Shown piece by piece: positions 27,897 through 44,043 of a stretch of DNA of 64,000 bases. How positions within the stretch are numbered: position 1 is the first letter of the stretch; every line of letters begins with the position of its first letter. The notes below the pieces were generated by a model, which saw only the letters and a list, made by a program, of their open reading frames with translations, was not told the origin of the DNA and ran no database searches. The position numbers and the translations under genes were made by a program. Source of the DNA: the human T2T-CHM13v2.0 reference genome, Homo sapiens; the NCBI RefSeq assembly GCF_009914755.1, contig NC_060944.1. One strand, written 5' to 3'.

Positions 27897-28812
27897 TCAC
27901 AGTGGGAGACCTTTTAATAAAGAACCACTGTCACCACATTGCTTCCCTAGAAGTAACAATTATATAAAGAGCTCCCGCCACACACTCAATGCATTAGAAG
28001 TGAGAAAGAAAAAACAAGCCCAGACTGAGAAGATCATCTTCCCCGCTGCATTCTACAATATTCCACTTCAGGCTGGGAAAACAGACAGATCAATCCAGTT
28101 GCAAAGTTAGCAGGAAATATTATATCTCCCAAGAGCACACTGCAGCTGTAAATGTCGTTAGCAGCCCCCTCTTTGCATGCCTTGTCTTTCTTACTCACTG
28201 AGAAACCCTGTTCTCTTAAATCACAGATTATCAGAAACTTTGCTGTTTGAAATTCTCAGTAAGAACGAAACATTCAACTCTTGCCTGGGGAATCTAGGCC
28301 ACTTTGACATAGAGAAGCAGCTTCAATGTCCAACCCTGGTGCAGAGATAATCATTTCTGAACACAGTGTTCCCCATGTATCTTTGTAGTTTCCAAGGCAA
28401 CAGAACCCTGGGTCCCCTTCCTGATGCTGATACCCTGGGTCCATACCTGATGCTGATCCCTTCACACCCAGACCAGCTTCGCTTTGAGACTATCAAAACT
28501 CTGCTTTCATTTATATTTCACCCAAACTCCACCCTTCCCCCAAACCCTACAACTCCAGCATTTCCTCTGTTTGGTTAGATGCCCCCATGGCTCCCGGCAG
28601 TGGGTCAAGAAATCTAACTTGGTTGGACTGCTTGATCCTCCTTCATGATCTTAAGCTGTAAGCAAGGACGTCATTAAAATTCAAAGTACAGCATACTTTC
28701 CTGCCCCAGTGTTTCTTATTCCAACACTTCTCCAGACAAGAAAACATGCAACGAACATGCCATGAACCTCTTCGGTGGGTTCAGAATACAAAACCTTGTC
28801 TTTGTTCTGTCA

Positions 28813-28917
<105 letters not shown>

Positions 28918-30219
28918 CTAGGAATGAAGAGATTGCATATCAATCACTTGGTTATTCCCATGTGAGAATTAAAGCTGCATGATAGAGAAAGTGTCATGGT
29001 GTGCATTTCTTATTTGAAAGAGTTTATGGTCATTTGTACAAAGTGACCCCTGTTTCACTTTATTCTGGAAACATGCAGCTTTGTATCTGGACTGGGCTGC
29101 TCAGCTGGCAGCACATCTGGATGTAGCCCTCACCAGGTGAAGTGGCCAAGGCAGGAGGCAGGGAGCAGCACATGCAGGCAGGATGTTACAACTGTGGGAG
29201 TCTGGGTAACAACAGAGGGACCACCAAGTCCAGAGGGCAAAGGCAGGGTAGAGTCAGACCAAAATCAGACTTCTGCACACCACCTGCCCACACACAGTCC
29301 TTAAACACTCTTCTCTCTGGACTTTCTCCATGGACTTGGTCCCTCACACCTGATTCAAGCCTAAGCACTTGCTGACATATGTTGGCTTAGCCCCCGAAGG
29401 CGGCCCCTGCCCAGTGTAGATCCTTGCCTTGATCACACTTGAGTCCCACCCATGCCTGCATCTACCAACCTCCTCTCTAGCATCAGGTTCATGGTCAAGC
29501 TTAAGTGAAACCCCTATAAACTTCCTCTGTCAATCCCAACAACATCCCTGTGACCAAGACCTCTGGGTTGGCCGCCTTACTGTAGGCTAGCCCATCCTCT
29601 GGCCTAACTCCTTGAATCTTTCTTATCGATGCTCACACCCAGTGCCTGAAGCGTCACACATCCTTCTCAGATGGATCTAATTGACTCTTCACAGTGGGGA
29701 GGCTTTGCAGATATTTGGGAATAAAGATTTCAACATAAAAGAATTCTATGCCCACTGAGGACTTCTACTTAATGCATCTATTCAGCAAATACACACTCAC
29801 CACCCTCTCCTGCCTGCTCCTGTGCAAGGCAATGAGTATGGCAACCATGCCACCTTGGAGCTTATAATGCATAGGCAAGATAAACAAGGAACAAAGTAAT
29901 CACATGCTCAAAGCAGTTTATAAAAGAAGGCCTGGGTGCCAGGATAGCAGTGATAGGGCATAGCAAACACACTCCAGTTTGGTTGGAGTATATGTAGGGG
30001 GTTGACAGACCAGGAAAAGCTGACCAAGGGCAGAAACTGATGACTTGGATGGAAGGCTAAAGGTTTCTGGTTTTTTCAGTAGGTAAGAGAGAGCCACTGA
30101 AGACACTGGAGCATGGACCCCAATGCTCAGCAGGAACTCTCATCTTCAGGGTGGATAGGAGACTGACAAAAGGCTGAGAAATCAGTAAAGATGCTTTGCA
30201 ATGGTTGATAATGACTTCA

Positions 30220-30486
<267 letters not shown>

Positions 30487-31489
30487 TTACACAAAGATTT
30501 TTTAAAAAGTGGCTAACAAGATGATTTTATTAAAGTGCCTTAGTCTAGCTACTAAATTTATTGTATTTCAAATTGAAGAAATCAAATGTAATTTCTATAG
30601 TCTTTCCTGACCTCCTTCCTTTTGGGCTATTTACTGCTATGTAACAAACCACCCCAAAGGTAGTGCCTTAAAACATGAATCTGTGGATTCACGGTCCCCA
30701 CTGGGTAGGTCTCATTTGAGCTCTTCCATGTGGCTGCCATCAAACATCAGCAAGGGCTGGAGTCAACTGAAGGCTCAACTGGGCTGGATGTTCAAAATGA
30801 CTTCTCTCAAATATGCAAAGCCTGGGCTGGGGTAACTGGAACAGCTAGGGGCTCGCCACTCATCACTCTCACTCAATCTCCATCCCTCTGTCCCTCCCTC
30901 TCTCTCTCATGTGGTTAGCTTGGGCTTCCTCACAGTATGGAAGCCTCAGGTAGTCAGACTTCCTCCATAGTACCTGACTACCCCAACCCCCTGCCAGTGT
31001 TTTTGTCCCAAGAAACCAAAGCAGAAACTACAATACTTCTTGTGATCTCAGAAGCCCTTGGCATCATTTCTGAAACATTCTATTGGTCAAAAGCAAGTCA
31101 CACCACCAGCAGAAAGGTTACAAAAGGGCATAAATTCTGGGAGGCATAGTTCATTGGGGGCCATTTTTGAAGACTATCTACCACATTCATCATAAAGATA
31201 TCAGACCATAAGCCTCAAACTATTCTAAAACAAAAAATGTGTTGCCTAGGTCATTCCACATGAATCAAGAGCATTTTCCCTGTCTCAGCTGTAGACAGTG
31301 TAATATATGCTGCTCTGGTAGATTCTGTAACTCAAATACTATCATGTTTTCCATTCATTCATAATATTTCACAATTCATCTTGTTCTCTGATGCAGTAAG
31401 AGCTTCATAAGAAGACAATGTAGCCGTGCCCATGACTAAAAACTAGTGGTGATGTTATTTCACTACCAGTAGCTCACCTATACTCTATT

Positions 31490-32170
31490 TTTTAACAGCT
31501 TTATTGAGGTATAATTTACATGACATAAAATTCATCTATTTTAAGTTTCTGGTTCAACGGAATTCAGTCAATGTAATGTACACAATTTTGTGAGTATCAC
31601 CACAGTGGAAATATTTAGGACATTTCCATCACCCAAAAGAATTCCCTTGTGCCTGTGTGCAGTCACTCCTATCCAACCTCCTAGGCAACCACTGATCTGT
31701 TTCCTATCTCTATAGTTTTGTCTTTTCTAGAAATTTAACATAAATGTAATTATACATATGTGGTCATCTTACGTGTCTGGATTTTTTATTTATTTGTTTT
31801 TTTTTGGAGACTCATCTATGTTGTTGTAACTCGTTCATTGTTATTGTTGAGTAGTATTCCATTTTATGGATATACCACAATTTTTATGTCCATTCCCCAG
31901 CTGATGGTCATTTGGATTATTTCTGGGTTTGGGCTATTATGTATAATGCTGCTATGAACATTCATGTATAAGTCTTTATGTGGACACGTTTTCATTTCTC
32001 TTCAATAGATACTGAGGAGTGGAATTGTTGGGTCATATGGCAGGTATGTGTTTAATTTTCAGAAACTGCCAAACTGTGGCTGTTCCATTTTACATTCCCA
32101 CCAGCAGTAGCTGAGGGGTCCAGCTTCTCCACATACTTGCTGACACTTCATATTGTCAGCCTTGTTGATG
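31490..32170 (-). mobile_element. L1M 3' end, antisense
   Basis: ctttattgaggtataatttaca...cattcccaccagcag L1 signature. Confidence 0.8.
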
Positions 32171-32419
32171 ACCTGTACTCTTGATCATGTTCTCTGTAGG
32201 TATTTGCTTGATACTTGTCCCTTGTCTATCAAGATATAGGCTTGGTCGTTGTAACACAGAATCAAAACAATAGTGGCTTTATGGCAGGGCACGGTGGCTC
32301 ACTCCTGTAATCCCAGCACTTTGGGAGGCCAAGGCAGGCGAATCACTTGAGGCCAGGAGTTCACGACCAGCCTGGCCAACATAGCAAAACCCCATCTCTA
32401 CCAAAAGTACAAAAAATTA

Positions 32420-32527
<108 letters not shown>

Positions 32528-35241
32528 CTACACTCCAGTCTGGGTGACACAGCGAGACCCTGTCTCAAAAAACAAATGAACAAACAAACAAACAAACAGA
32601 GGCTTAAACAAGACAGAAGTAATAGGGTATAAGCAGTCTAGAGCTAGGTATAGGGGTGTCATGGTGACAGAAGCACGATAGCAAGTTTCTACTTGGTTAC
32701 TCCATCATTTCTATGACATTGCGTTTATCCTCATGGCCCAACCTGACTGGCCAACCACATCTACATTCCAGCCAATTGGAAGCAAAGCCCACCCTTTCTC
32801 TTTAAAGGTACAATCTTAAAGTTGAACACATCACTTCTACATGTATCCACTGGCCACAGCCTGGTACACATCTCTAACTAGCTGCAACGGGGATTGGGAA
32901 ATATCTTCTAGGCAACCATGTGCCTGGCTAAAAATCATGGGCCCTATTATTAAAGGGAAAAACAGATATTGGGGGACATCCAGCAGCCTCTGCCACATCA
33001 TCATGACCACGCTTGGCGAATTTATTTGATGTGTTTAACTCTCACCCCTCCTCATACGCATTGAAAGCTCACCTTTCCTATGCTGTCCTTTCCATGTGAT
33101 TATGGCTCAAAAGTTACCGCAGCCAGTGTTTCTATTTGACCTGGCCAGACTCTTAATACTTTTTATATTTCCAATTATCTTCTTTCTTCAGTGTTCTTTG
33201 TCTGCTTTGCCCTTACTGATTTTCATATGATCTTTAATACACATTGTCTGGCTCATTAGCATTTCTTCAGCAACTGCTCAGATTTCTTACATGCTCAACT
33301 TTTATATTTCTTAAAATTTTTGAACCTTGAAGCAAATAAGTATCCCTGGATCTTAGGGCGGAAGATTTATGAATCTTTAAATCTGGTTTTGTTGTTTTTT
33401 TTAAAGAAGAGATTTAAACAGGGAAATTTAGCCACCTATGAGTCACTCCAGCCAGTGAACATGCAAGTGTCTTCTGATCACAGAAAGCTGAGATGTTATT
33501 TCTAAATACTGTCACTCACAGATAGGTAGTGGCTATTTAGATGAATTGTGTATTTCTTAGAATTTTTTTCTCCATCTTCAAGAAAGTTAGCTTAAAACTT
33601 CTATGTTGTTTAATGTTAAACAGATTCATAAATCTGGTTACAGATATAGATGATCTTTTAGATGAACCACTTCCTTAACTTATTCGCCTCAGCATCCATC
33701 TCATCTGTATGTTCACCTTTGGCCCCAGGCCTGTCATTCAAGATCCAATTGTCCTTCCTGTTAACACACACTTCCCAGGCATCACAAGCCTCTCCATCCA
33801 GGGATCACCTGAATCTTGGATGGTCTTGATGCTCCCAGAACGCACACTTACAACCCCACATGAGGTCACATGAGTAGAGGCCTGGCTCATATCCACCTAT
33901 TCTACCCCCTAAGATCCAGGTTGTTTCCCCCACCCCAGCTGGCCCTTCCTTGGGGAACCAGCTAAGGCATTCACCTTTTGAGTTGAAAACTCAAACGTTT
34001 TTAAATAAATATTTTCCCTAAGCTGAGCACATCTGAAATACTAACAGTACCTTTCAGAATAGACACTTAGTGGACACAGAGCAGAATGGTGAGAGGCATA
34101 AAGAATGACCTTATTTTTTACTCTCTCTTGAAAGCCTTATTAACTCCTTCAAACTGCATAGTCAGTCATTAAATTGCCTCTTCATTTTACTACTACTTGC
34201 AGCTTCTAAGGAGGCCTGCTTTACAGCATTTGGCCACCAGAGTATTGAGGTTCTTAATTTTTAATAATTGAGATGACTTACCTTGATAGAAGTGGCCTGG
34301 CAAGTGTGACAACATTTTATAAAGAATAATAACGTGCATATACTCCATTTGCAGCACACACTTTAAAACAATAATAATGTGCATAAAGGGGTTGTTTTGT
34401 TTCATTTTATTTGTTATAATTTTCAGATGCCAAGGCAATCATGTTTGCTGTGGAATGTGCAGCTCTCCTCAAAAAGCCATGCAGTAATTCAGTCAGTGGG
34501 GGGTGGGGCTAGAGTCCTTTAAAGTACCTGGGCCAGCCAGGTACTGCATTTGGTTTGGGGCTTTTAAATGTTCCCAAAATGTGGCCAAACCTGCATTGCT
34601 GGAAAAATAATTCCTATATCACAGCCACACAGAATTGCAAGGATTTGAGGTTTTTTTTTGTTTTGTTTTGTTTTTTGCCTACAACACATGGTGAAGGTTG
34701 CCAAATTAAATAGTGTTTCTATATTTGAAAATGGGAAAAAGTCATTAAGAAAAAAAAGGATAAAGAAAAAAGTATGGTAGCTAATGTCCAACAAGTTGAA
34801 ATGACAGTAGCTTTGAAGGCCAATTAAGTCGATACAAAACGAAATCGAGAATGACGGCGGTGGTTGTAGGCTGCATCCTGGGGAATAAAAGAGCCACTCC
34901 GCGAACACAGTATTTTCTTCAGAGCAAGATGGAGCTCTTTAGAGACCCCCGGCCCTGGAAAGGATCTTCCTTCCTGAAACCCCAATGTGGAATTTAAAAT
35001 AAAAACAGTATTAATATACATAACACTTCACTGAGCTGTATACTTATGATTTCTGCACCTTACGGTATGCCTCAATGAAAGGCAAGTAAAACACAAATGT
35101 TACATACATATGCTGAAATTAAAATAATGTTTCAGTAGTGTCCTTCTAATGCAGCACTGATTCTGATAGGAAAAAATGAATAAAATTAGAACATATTGTT
35201 ATTATATCATAAATTAAATTAATCACCATGCTCTTAACTTA

Positions 35242-35490
<249 letters not shown>

Positions 35491-35538
35491 TTAAGATTTA
35501 AAGTTGTGATTTAAGTTAAGATTTAAAGTTGTGACTTA

Positions 35539-35851
<313 letters not shown>

Positions 35852-37544
35852 TTAATCTCCTTAAATAACTGATCTATAGGTTATTATATATACATAATGG
35901 AAATGAATAGTAATAGCAATAATGCAGTTCTTTCTCTGTACCAGCATTGTGCTTTACTTGAATGAGCTCATTTCATCTGTACAACCCTATGAGGTAGGTC
36001 CTATTTTACACCCATCTTATAGATGAGATAACTGAGTCCCAGAGAGATTAATAAAGTTGCTAAATAATAGAGGAGTTGTGATTTGACTTCTGCTAGGTTG
36101 GATACATAGCCCCTGCTCTTGAACCACTATGCTCTTTTGCCTCTCCAACAGGGCACTGACACAAACATGATTCAAGATTCAAAAGGTCAAAAAGGGTATA
36201 CAGTGAAAAGTCTCCCCCATCCCACGACACCAGCTTCCCAGAGGTTATCAATGGTATCTTCAGTAACCTTCAAAAATATTTTATATCCATACAAGCATCT
36301 ATGTACATATTCTTATTTCTCCCTCTCTTTTGACACAAATGATGGCATACTGTACCCTGTTCCACATATTTCTTTTTTCATTTATCAGTATGTCTTATAT
36401 TGGTACATAAAGAGCTCCCTAGGAAATAAATTTAAATTTTTTTAAAAAAAGAGCTTCCTCATTATTTGTTATAGCTGCACCACATTCTCTTATATAGATG
36501 AACAATAATTTAACCAATTCCCTACACATGGATCTTTAGGCTGTCTTCTTTTTTCCTTTTCTTTGTTTCTTTTGCAATTATAAGCACTATAATAAATAAT
36601 TTTGTAAAGAATTATTTCTGTAAATATATGGGCAAGACAAATATGTAGAACTAGTTACTGCTGAGTCAAAAGATACATGCATTTGTAATCTTTTTTTTTT
36701 TTTTTTGAGACGGAGTTTCACTCCTGTCATCCTGACTGGAGTGCAGTGGTGCGATCTTAGCTCACTGCAACCTCTGCCTCCCGAGTTCAAGCGATTCTCC
36801 TGCCTGAACCTCTTGAGTAGCTAGGATTACAAGCACCCACCACCACGCCCAGCTAATTTTTGTATTTTTAGTAGAGACGGGGTTTTGCCATGTTGGCCAA
36901 GGTGGTCTCGAACTCCTGACCTCAGGTGATCTGCCCACCTCAGCCTCCCAAAGTGCTGGGATTACAGGTGTGAGCCACCATGCCCTGCCAGCATTTGTAA
37001 TCTTGATTAATATTTCCAAACTGCCCTCCATGGATGGTTAAGCAATTTACACTGCCACCAGCAATGCATGAAAACACCTATTTGACCACAATCTTCCTCA
37101 TCTAGTGTGTTATCCATTTTTCTTTTAGTTTTCCTAATTTCCTAGGTTAAAAAAAATACTATCTTGTAGTTTCAATTCATCTTTCTTGCATTTTGAGTAA
37201 AACTCACTAATTCATTACAATGAATGTTTGCTGAATACCTATTATGTACCAGACATCATTCTAGGTATAGGGGATATGCAAAAGTATATCTTAGGGGCTC
37301 CTTGCATATCCCCTGTACCTAGAATGGTCCCTGCTCTCATGGAGATTATGTTTTAGGAAGGACACTGAAACAGTAAACAACCAAGGAAATGTAGTTTGTC
37401 AGGTGGTGATTAAGTGCTTGGAGGTGAAGCAGGGATAAGCTCTGCTCAGCAAGCAGACGAAGGGGCAGAGAGAAGCGTAAGGAGAAGAAATATTTTCATA
37501 TGTTTAAGAGACCTTTATATTTCCTTTCCTACAAAATGTCTTTT

Positions 37545-38605
37545 CATTATTTCTCAAAAGAAGATATACAAGTGGCCAACACACACATGAAAAAATGCTC
37601 ATCATCACTAATCATCAAAGAGATGCAAATCAAAACCACAGTGAGACACCATCTCACACCAGTCAGAATGGCCTTTGTTAAAAAGTCAAAAACTAACAGA
37701 TGTTGCAGAGAAAAGGGACACTTATACACTATTGGCAGGGATGTAAGTTAATTCAGCCACTGTGGAAAGCAGCTTGGAAATTTCTCAAAGAAATAAGAGT
37801 TGAGGCCGGGCGCGGTGGTTCACATCTGTAATCCCAGCACTTTGGGAGGCCCAGGCAGGCAGATTAAAAATACAAAAATTAGCTGGGCATGGTGGCACAC
37901 AACTGTAATCCCAGCTACTCCGAAGACTGAGGCATGAAAATCACCTGAACCCAGGAGGCGGAGGTTGCAGTGACCCAAGATTGCATCACTGCACTCCAGC
38001 CTGGGTGACAAAGTAAGACTCGGTCTTAAAAAAAAAAAAAAAAAAAGAAAGAAATAAGAGTTGAAATACCATTCAAGCTAGCAATCCCATTACTGGGTAT
38101 GTACCCAAAGGAAAATAAATTGTTCTACCAAAAGGACACATGTACCCATATGTTCCTTACAGCACTATTCATAATAGCAAAGACATGAAACCAACCTAGG
38201 TGCCCACCAATGGTGAAATGGACAAAGAAAATGTGGTACATACACACCATGGAATACTATGCAGTGATAAAAAAGAATGAAATCATGTCCTCTGCAGCAA
38301 ATGGATATAGTTGGAGGTCATAATCCTAAGCGAATTAACACAGGAACAGAAAACGAAATACCACGTGTTCTCACTTATAAATGGGAGCTAAACATTAGGT
38401 ACAAATGGACATAAAGATGGGAACAATAGACACTGGGGACTACCAGAGGGTGGGGAGGGCTGAAAACCTACAGCAATGCTTGCTACCTGGGTTATGGCCT
38501 CAATCATACCCCAAACCTCAGCACCACACAATATACCCAGGTAGGAAACCTGCACATGTACCCCCAAGCCTAAAATAAAAGTTGTAAAAGAAAAAACAAA
38601 AAAAG
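37545..38605 (+). mobile_element. L1PB-like 3' end with an internally deleted Alu (37804-38045)
   Basis: [33 protein letters not shown]2 peptide, L1 3'UTR. Confidence 0.88.
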
Positions 38606-39104
38606 GTCTTTTCATATCCTTTGCCCATTTTTCTTCTGGGTTACTGTTCTTTTTGTTACTGAATTGTGAAAACTATTTATTTATTTGATATTTACATATT
38701 AGGGAATTTTGATACCCTACCATTCATATCATCTTTTGTCAATAGTCACCCAACTTCTCCTAAGAATTATGGGCACATACATTAAAATGTTTAATTTGGT
38801 TTGACAGTTTAAAAAATTGTATCAGCTTTTAAGCTAAAGGAGAACACAGATAATAATACATATGCTTAGTTAGAACTCTTGGTCTAAGCAGCACAGGGGT
38901 CATAACATAAATGCAGATAGTTTGTACACATTTCAGTTATTAAAATATATAATTGGTTAAAAAAAAGGCAAAAATTGGAATTTCAAAGTCTTTTTTACAC
39001 ATCTATTTGTTCATATGTTTTACCTGTGAAACTTTCCTTCCTTATGTTAATTATATATGTGTATGTATATATATGTGTATGTGTAGATATACACACATAT
39101 TTAA

Positions 39105-39379
<275 letters not shown>

Positions 39380-39654
39380 TGATCCACCTGCCTCAGCCTC
39401 CCAAAGTGCTGGGATTACAGGCGTGAGCCACCAGGCCTGGCCCTCACTGCTTTATTTCTGTAGTTAGAGTTGAGATTTATTTTCACATTACTATATGCCA
39501 AACCCTGTGCACCTCATACATACACGAACCTATTTATCCTCACAATGGCTCTAAGAAGTAGATATTATTATTCCTGTCTTACAGTGAGGTAACAGACTCA
39601 AAAAGGCTAAGTAATGTACCCAAGGTCACTAGAAGTTGTCAAGGCAGGGATTAA

Positions 39655-39885
<231 letters not shown>

Positions 39886-40213
39886 TGAGTTGCTAGGATT
39901 ACAGGTGCCCACCACCATGTCTGGCTAATTTTTGTATTTTTAGTAAGACAGAGTTTTGCCATGTTGGCCAGGCTGGTCTTGAACTCCTGACCTCAAGTGA
40001 TCCACCTGCCTCGGCCTGCCAAAGTTCTGGGATTACTGGTGTGAACCACCGCACCCGGCCAGCACCGGGACATCTTACCTTGGCTAAGGTAAGTCAAGAC
40101 ATTGCTGAAACTATACAAATGAAAGGTTGGTCAAAGCTAACCATTTTAATCTAAATGTATACCACTCTATAAACCATCAATGTACAGCACTGTTTCAAAT
40201 TTTAGAAGTTTTA

Positions 40214-40478
<265 letters not shown>

Positions 40479-42095
40479 CATATAAATTCCAATGTGCACT
40501 TATAGCTGTACACAAAAGCTGAAGAGCAGCACTTAATTTAAATGCAGCAAAACTAGTTAAAACGAGAGAATACTGTTAACATGGCACTACAAATATTATT
40601 CCCTTTTTAATTGAAATAATAATTACATTTCATCTGTATTTGCTGTTGAGGTCTTGTGTGGGGTTTTGATTATCTAAATACCTCACTTCTGCGAAAGGAG
40701 CATGAATGAATGAGATGGGGAAAAGAAAGAAGTTACTTTAAAAGGACAAATTAAATGAGTAAGGCAAAACAGAGACTATCACTAACGCTCTGACTTGAGT
40801 TCCCTGTAAATCATTATCGCCTTTTCCTGCCTCTGGTGTGTGTCAGCTCTCTTGGCTTCAGGGCAAGTCATCATACAAGGGGAACAGAAGTAATTCTGTG
40901 TGTACCACAAAATGTTAGTTAGAGCTAACTTTTTTGGGAAAGCTCCGGGTTCACAGCCTTGCCATTATCACCAGAGCAGTTCTAGTATTTGAAAGCTGCA
41001 AAGACACTTTAGAAGGACTGCAGAGTACTACTTCTCAGTGGAAAGGAAGTTTGCAAGAATATAAACAGTGACCAATAAACACAAGCCTCCCGTTTCATCT
41101 ACTGTATTTATAAATCCTGGTATTAATAATTAACTACCAGTATGAAAGCCTTACTGGTCTTTTTGGAGGTGAGGGTGGGGAGGAAGGTTGTCATAATTAA
41201 TGCACAGAAGGTTTCAGGGGGAAAAAACGCTCACCTTAACACAACAACCATTTACATCTCTGTATTGCCTTTTCAAATTTCATTAATAATCCATAGATTT
41301 TGCCCAATTATAATCTACATATTCATTCCATTTTTATAGTCTACTTCTTGCATTCTCACTGTATTATTTAGTTTTCCCTGTACTTATTTATCCATTTGTG
41401 GCTGGGCATTTAGGCTATTTCTAGTTTCTTTTTAGTTTTGCCTGTTGCAGTTCTAATAATGCTGATCTGAACATGTCTGCAGTTTGAGCTTTGTCACAGA
41501 CTGTATTCTCAAAAATGGGGTACCTAAATTTAAGGGGTGAACTTAATGCCTTGTTGGATAGTTCCGGATCTAGGGCCAAGAATATAAACTACAGATACTG
41601 ACAGCACAACAATAGCTCCTACGGGAGTGTGGCTGGACTTGAGACTTGCCCATAGTCGCATTTCCATTTAAGTGAAAGGCAGATAAAATAAAAGTAGTTG
41701 AAAAATTCTAAATAAAAAATATGTAGGAGAGGAAGTAATTCGCGAGCGTCAACTAGCAGCTGCCCTTAGGAAGCTGGGGTGGCCAGTGGGCCCCACGCAA
41801 AGGGAATCAAGAAAAAAGGCGGATCCGCCAGGCCCAAATGGCAACGTGCAGTCAACAGGATCCCCAGACCCCTCAACTCTCCCAACGTGGACCGCCCCCT
41901 CGCAGCCCGGATCCGGAATCCCGTTTGGTTGTTCCCGCCCATCAGGGGCTGCCAAGGACACCTGCATCCTTTCGGCTGGAGTAAGGGAAGCTCTTCCCCT
42001 CCTCTAGCCGCCCTCCTCTTCCTCTAACCGCGGGGCCCGGGATCGGGACCCCTAATGCATCTCTGCCGCGCCCAACCCAGTCGCCAGCCTCTCAC

Positions 42096-42150
42096 CGCCT
42101 CTTGCCTCCTCCTTCGCCGCCGCCCGGGTTACCACAGACGCGGCGAGCCG
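42096..42150 (-). other. DZANK1: DZANK1 putative non-coding exon 1 (5' end approximate)
   Basis: Minus-strand donor GCG|GTGAG at 42096/42095 inside the CpG island, upstream of the ATG exon; TSS cannot be fixed from sequence. Confidence 0.6.
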
Positions 42151-42606
42151 CGCCCCGCCCACTGGGTGCTGGGCAGATGATTGGTGGAGACTCAGCTTCT
42201 TAGCAACTAGACCGGCCCCTGCCGCTCCGCAGGGAGCCTGGTACCCGCCTGGAGTTCCTTTCCCAGTGCTTTCCCATAGGCATCTAAGAATATTCCTTCA
42301 CAGAGTTGCCAAGTGCTAAAAGTTGGTTTCCCAACTCAGAATGAAGGAACCAGGCTTGTGCGTCCGATGGGCATTGACATTCTGGAAAACAAGAATAAGA
42401 AGCTGTAGCGGCGCCTGTAAGTGGGCCGGAGCAGGCGCAGCTTGGCCACCTCCCGCCGAAAGGCAAGGAAGGACCGGCTGCGACACGAGGAAGAAGGCCC
42501 CTCGGCCTCAGCAGAGCGCTATCCTCCACTGGTTCCCCGGGTTCCCCGGCTTGGTACCGGGCTGCTCCGTGCATCTTTCCCCCCAGGCGTCAGGAACTGC
42601 GCCCTC

Positions 42607-42668
42607 ATGGCGGAGGTGAAGGTGAAGGTGCAGCCGCCTGACGCGGATCCGGTCGAAATAGAAAACAG
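42607..42668 (+). CDS. POLR3F: POLR3F exon 1 CDS (MAEVKVKVQPPDADPVEIENR)
   Basis: ATG at 42607, AG|GTAAAC donor, RPC39 N-terminus. Confidence 0.97.
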
Positions 42669-43150
42669 GTAAACCAGTGAGGCTCCGGCTTGGCACTCCA
42701 TCAGGCGCCCAGTCATTTGGGCAGCTGGACCCCTTCTCCGGGATCCCTTGGGAGTGGCCGGAGCGGGTTAGGTGAGCACGCGGGAAAAACGATTGCGGGG
42801 TTCTGGACCCACTTGTTCCTTCCCATCCTGGGAGAGCAGAACTCAAGAAGTTCAAAATGGGTTTGACAGCTTGCAACTTTGTGTAGCTGGCTGGCTTTGC
42901 CCTGATACTTTTGGGGAAGTTGTGATGACGTGCTGCCTTCCTACTTTGACGCGATCAGTGCTTTGAGAGGAGCCCTCGGCTTTCTTTCCCTGTAGAACAC
43001 TTGTGAATACATGTTCTGATCCAGGATCGCTCTTGTCACTAAGGGAACGTCTATGACAAAACGTTTAGGCGGAGTTAGGGCGCAGTTGGTGATTACGAAG
43101 TAACATTAAGCCAGGTGGTTTCAGTGCAGTATTGAACTCAAGACTTTTAG

Positions 43151-43455
<305 letters not shown>

Positions 43456-44043
43456 TGAGCCACCGCGCCCGGCCCAGTTTTATATTTTACCGAGGCACTG
43501 CCACTCTTAGATTTTCACGTAGTTTTAAAAGACTCAACTTTCTCAGACTGTTAGGAATAATACATTTGTTGATGTCGACTAGGTGAAGATTTTGACTTTT
43601 TTTGTTTGGTAGGTATAATTCCAAAAACAGGCCCCATTATGGTGAATTGTCATAACAAATTTTGGCTTCCTACCAGAAACATCTGCATTTGCCTCCTGCT
43701 TGCAGATTTATGGCTTAACTTTGTCATGCTTATTACACCCGAGAAAACTGAAGTCTCAGCTTTAATATTTTTTCTGTGATTTCATTAGACTTTTGCTCTA
43801 ATTTAAAGTTCTTATTAGTGAGGAAAAGAAATATTCTTAAATAACAATAATACTGTAAACATGTATTTAGAAATCATCTTCTTCAATTTCTAACATGCTT
43901 TGATCCAAAACCATCACAGAAACCCAGATTGTCTGCCAAATGTGAAAAAGGCACAGTTTCAAACTATTCTACTTGTATTTTTACCCCCACTGTCTCTTGA
44001 AACAGGTAACCATGAAGGATAACATTAATACCTTTGTTTCTAG

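Larger units (their letters stand above)
41740..42800. promoter_or_regulatory. CpG island / bidirectional promoter of DZANK1 and POLR3F
   Basis: High GC and CpG density between divergent first exons; GC box near 42153-42160, inverted CCAAT at 42180-42184, RFX-like half sites. Confidence 0.9.

Noticed and set aside
28407-28460. Short tandem duplication (CCCTGGGTCC...CCTGATGCTGAT x2); similar small doublets near 15803-15841, 21775-21804, 35480-35540 and 52599-52637
   Set aside because: Ordinary slippage duplications with only two or three units and no unique spacers; not CRISPR-like
41749-42876. Multiple overlapping ORFs in the promoter
   Set aside because: Expected from stop-poor CpG-island sequence; only the POLR3F frame has support
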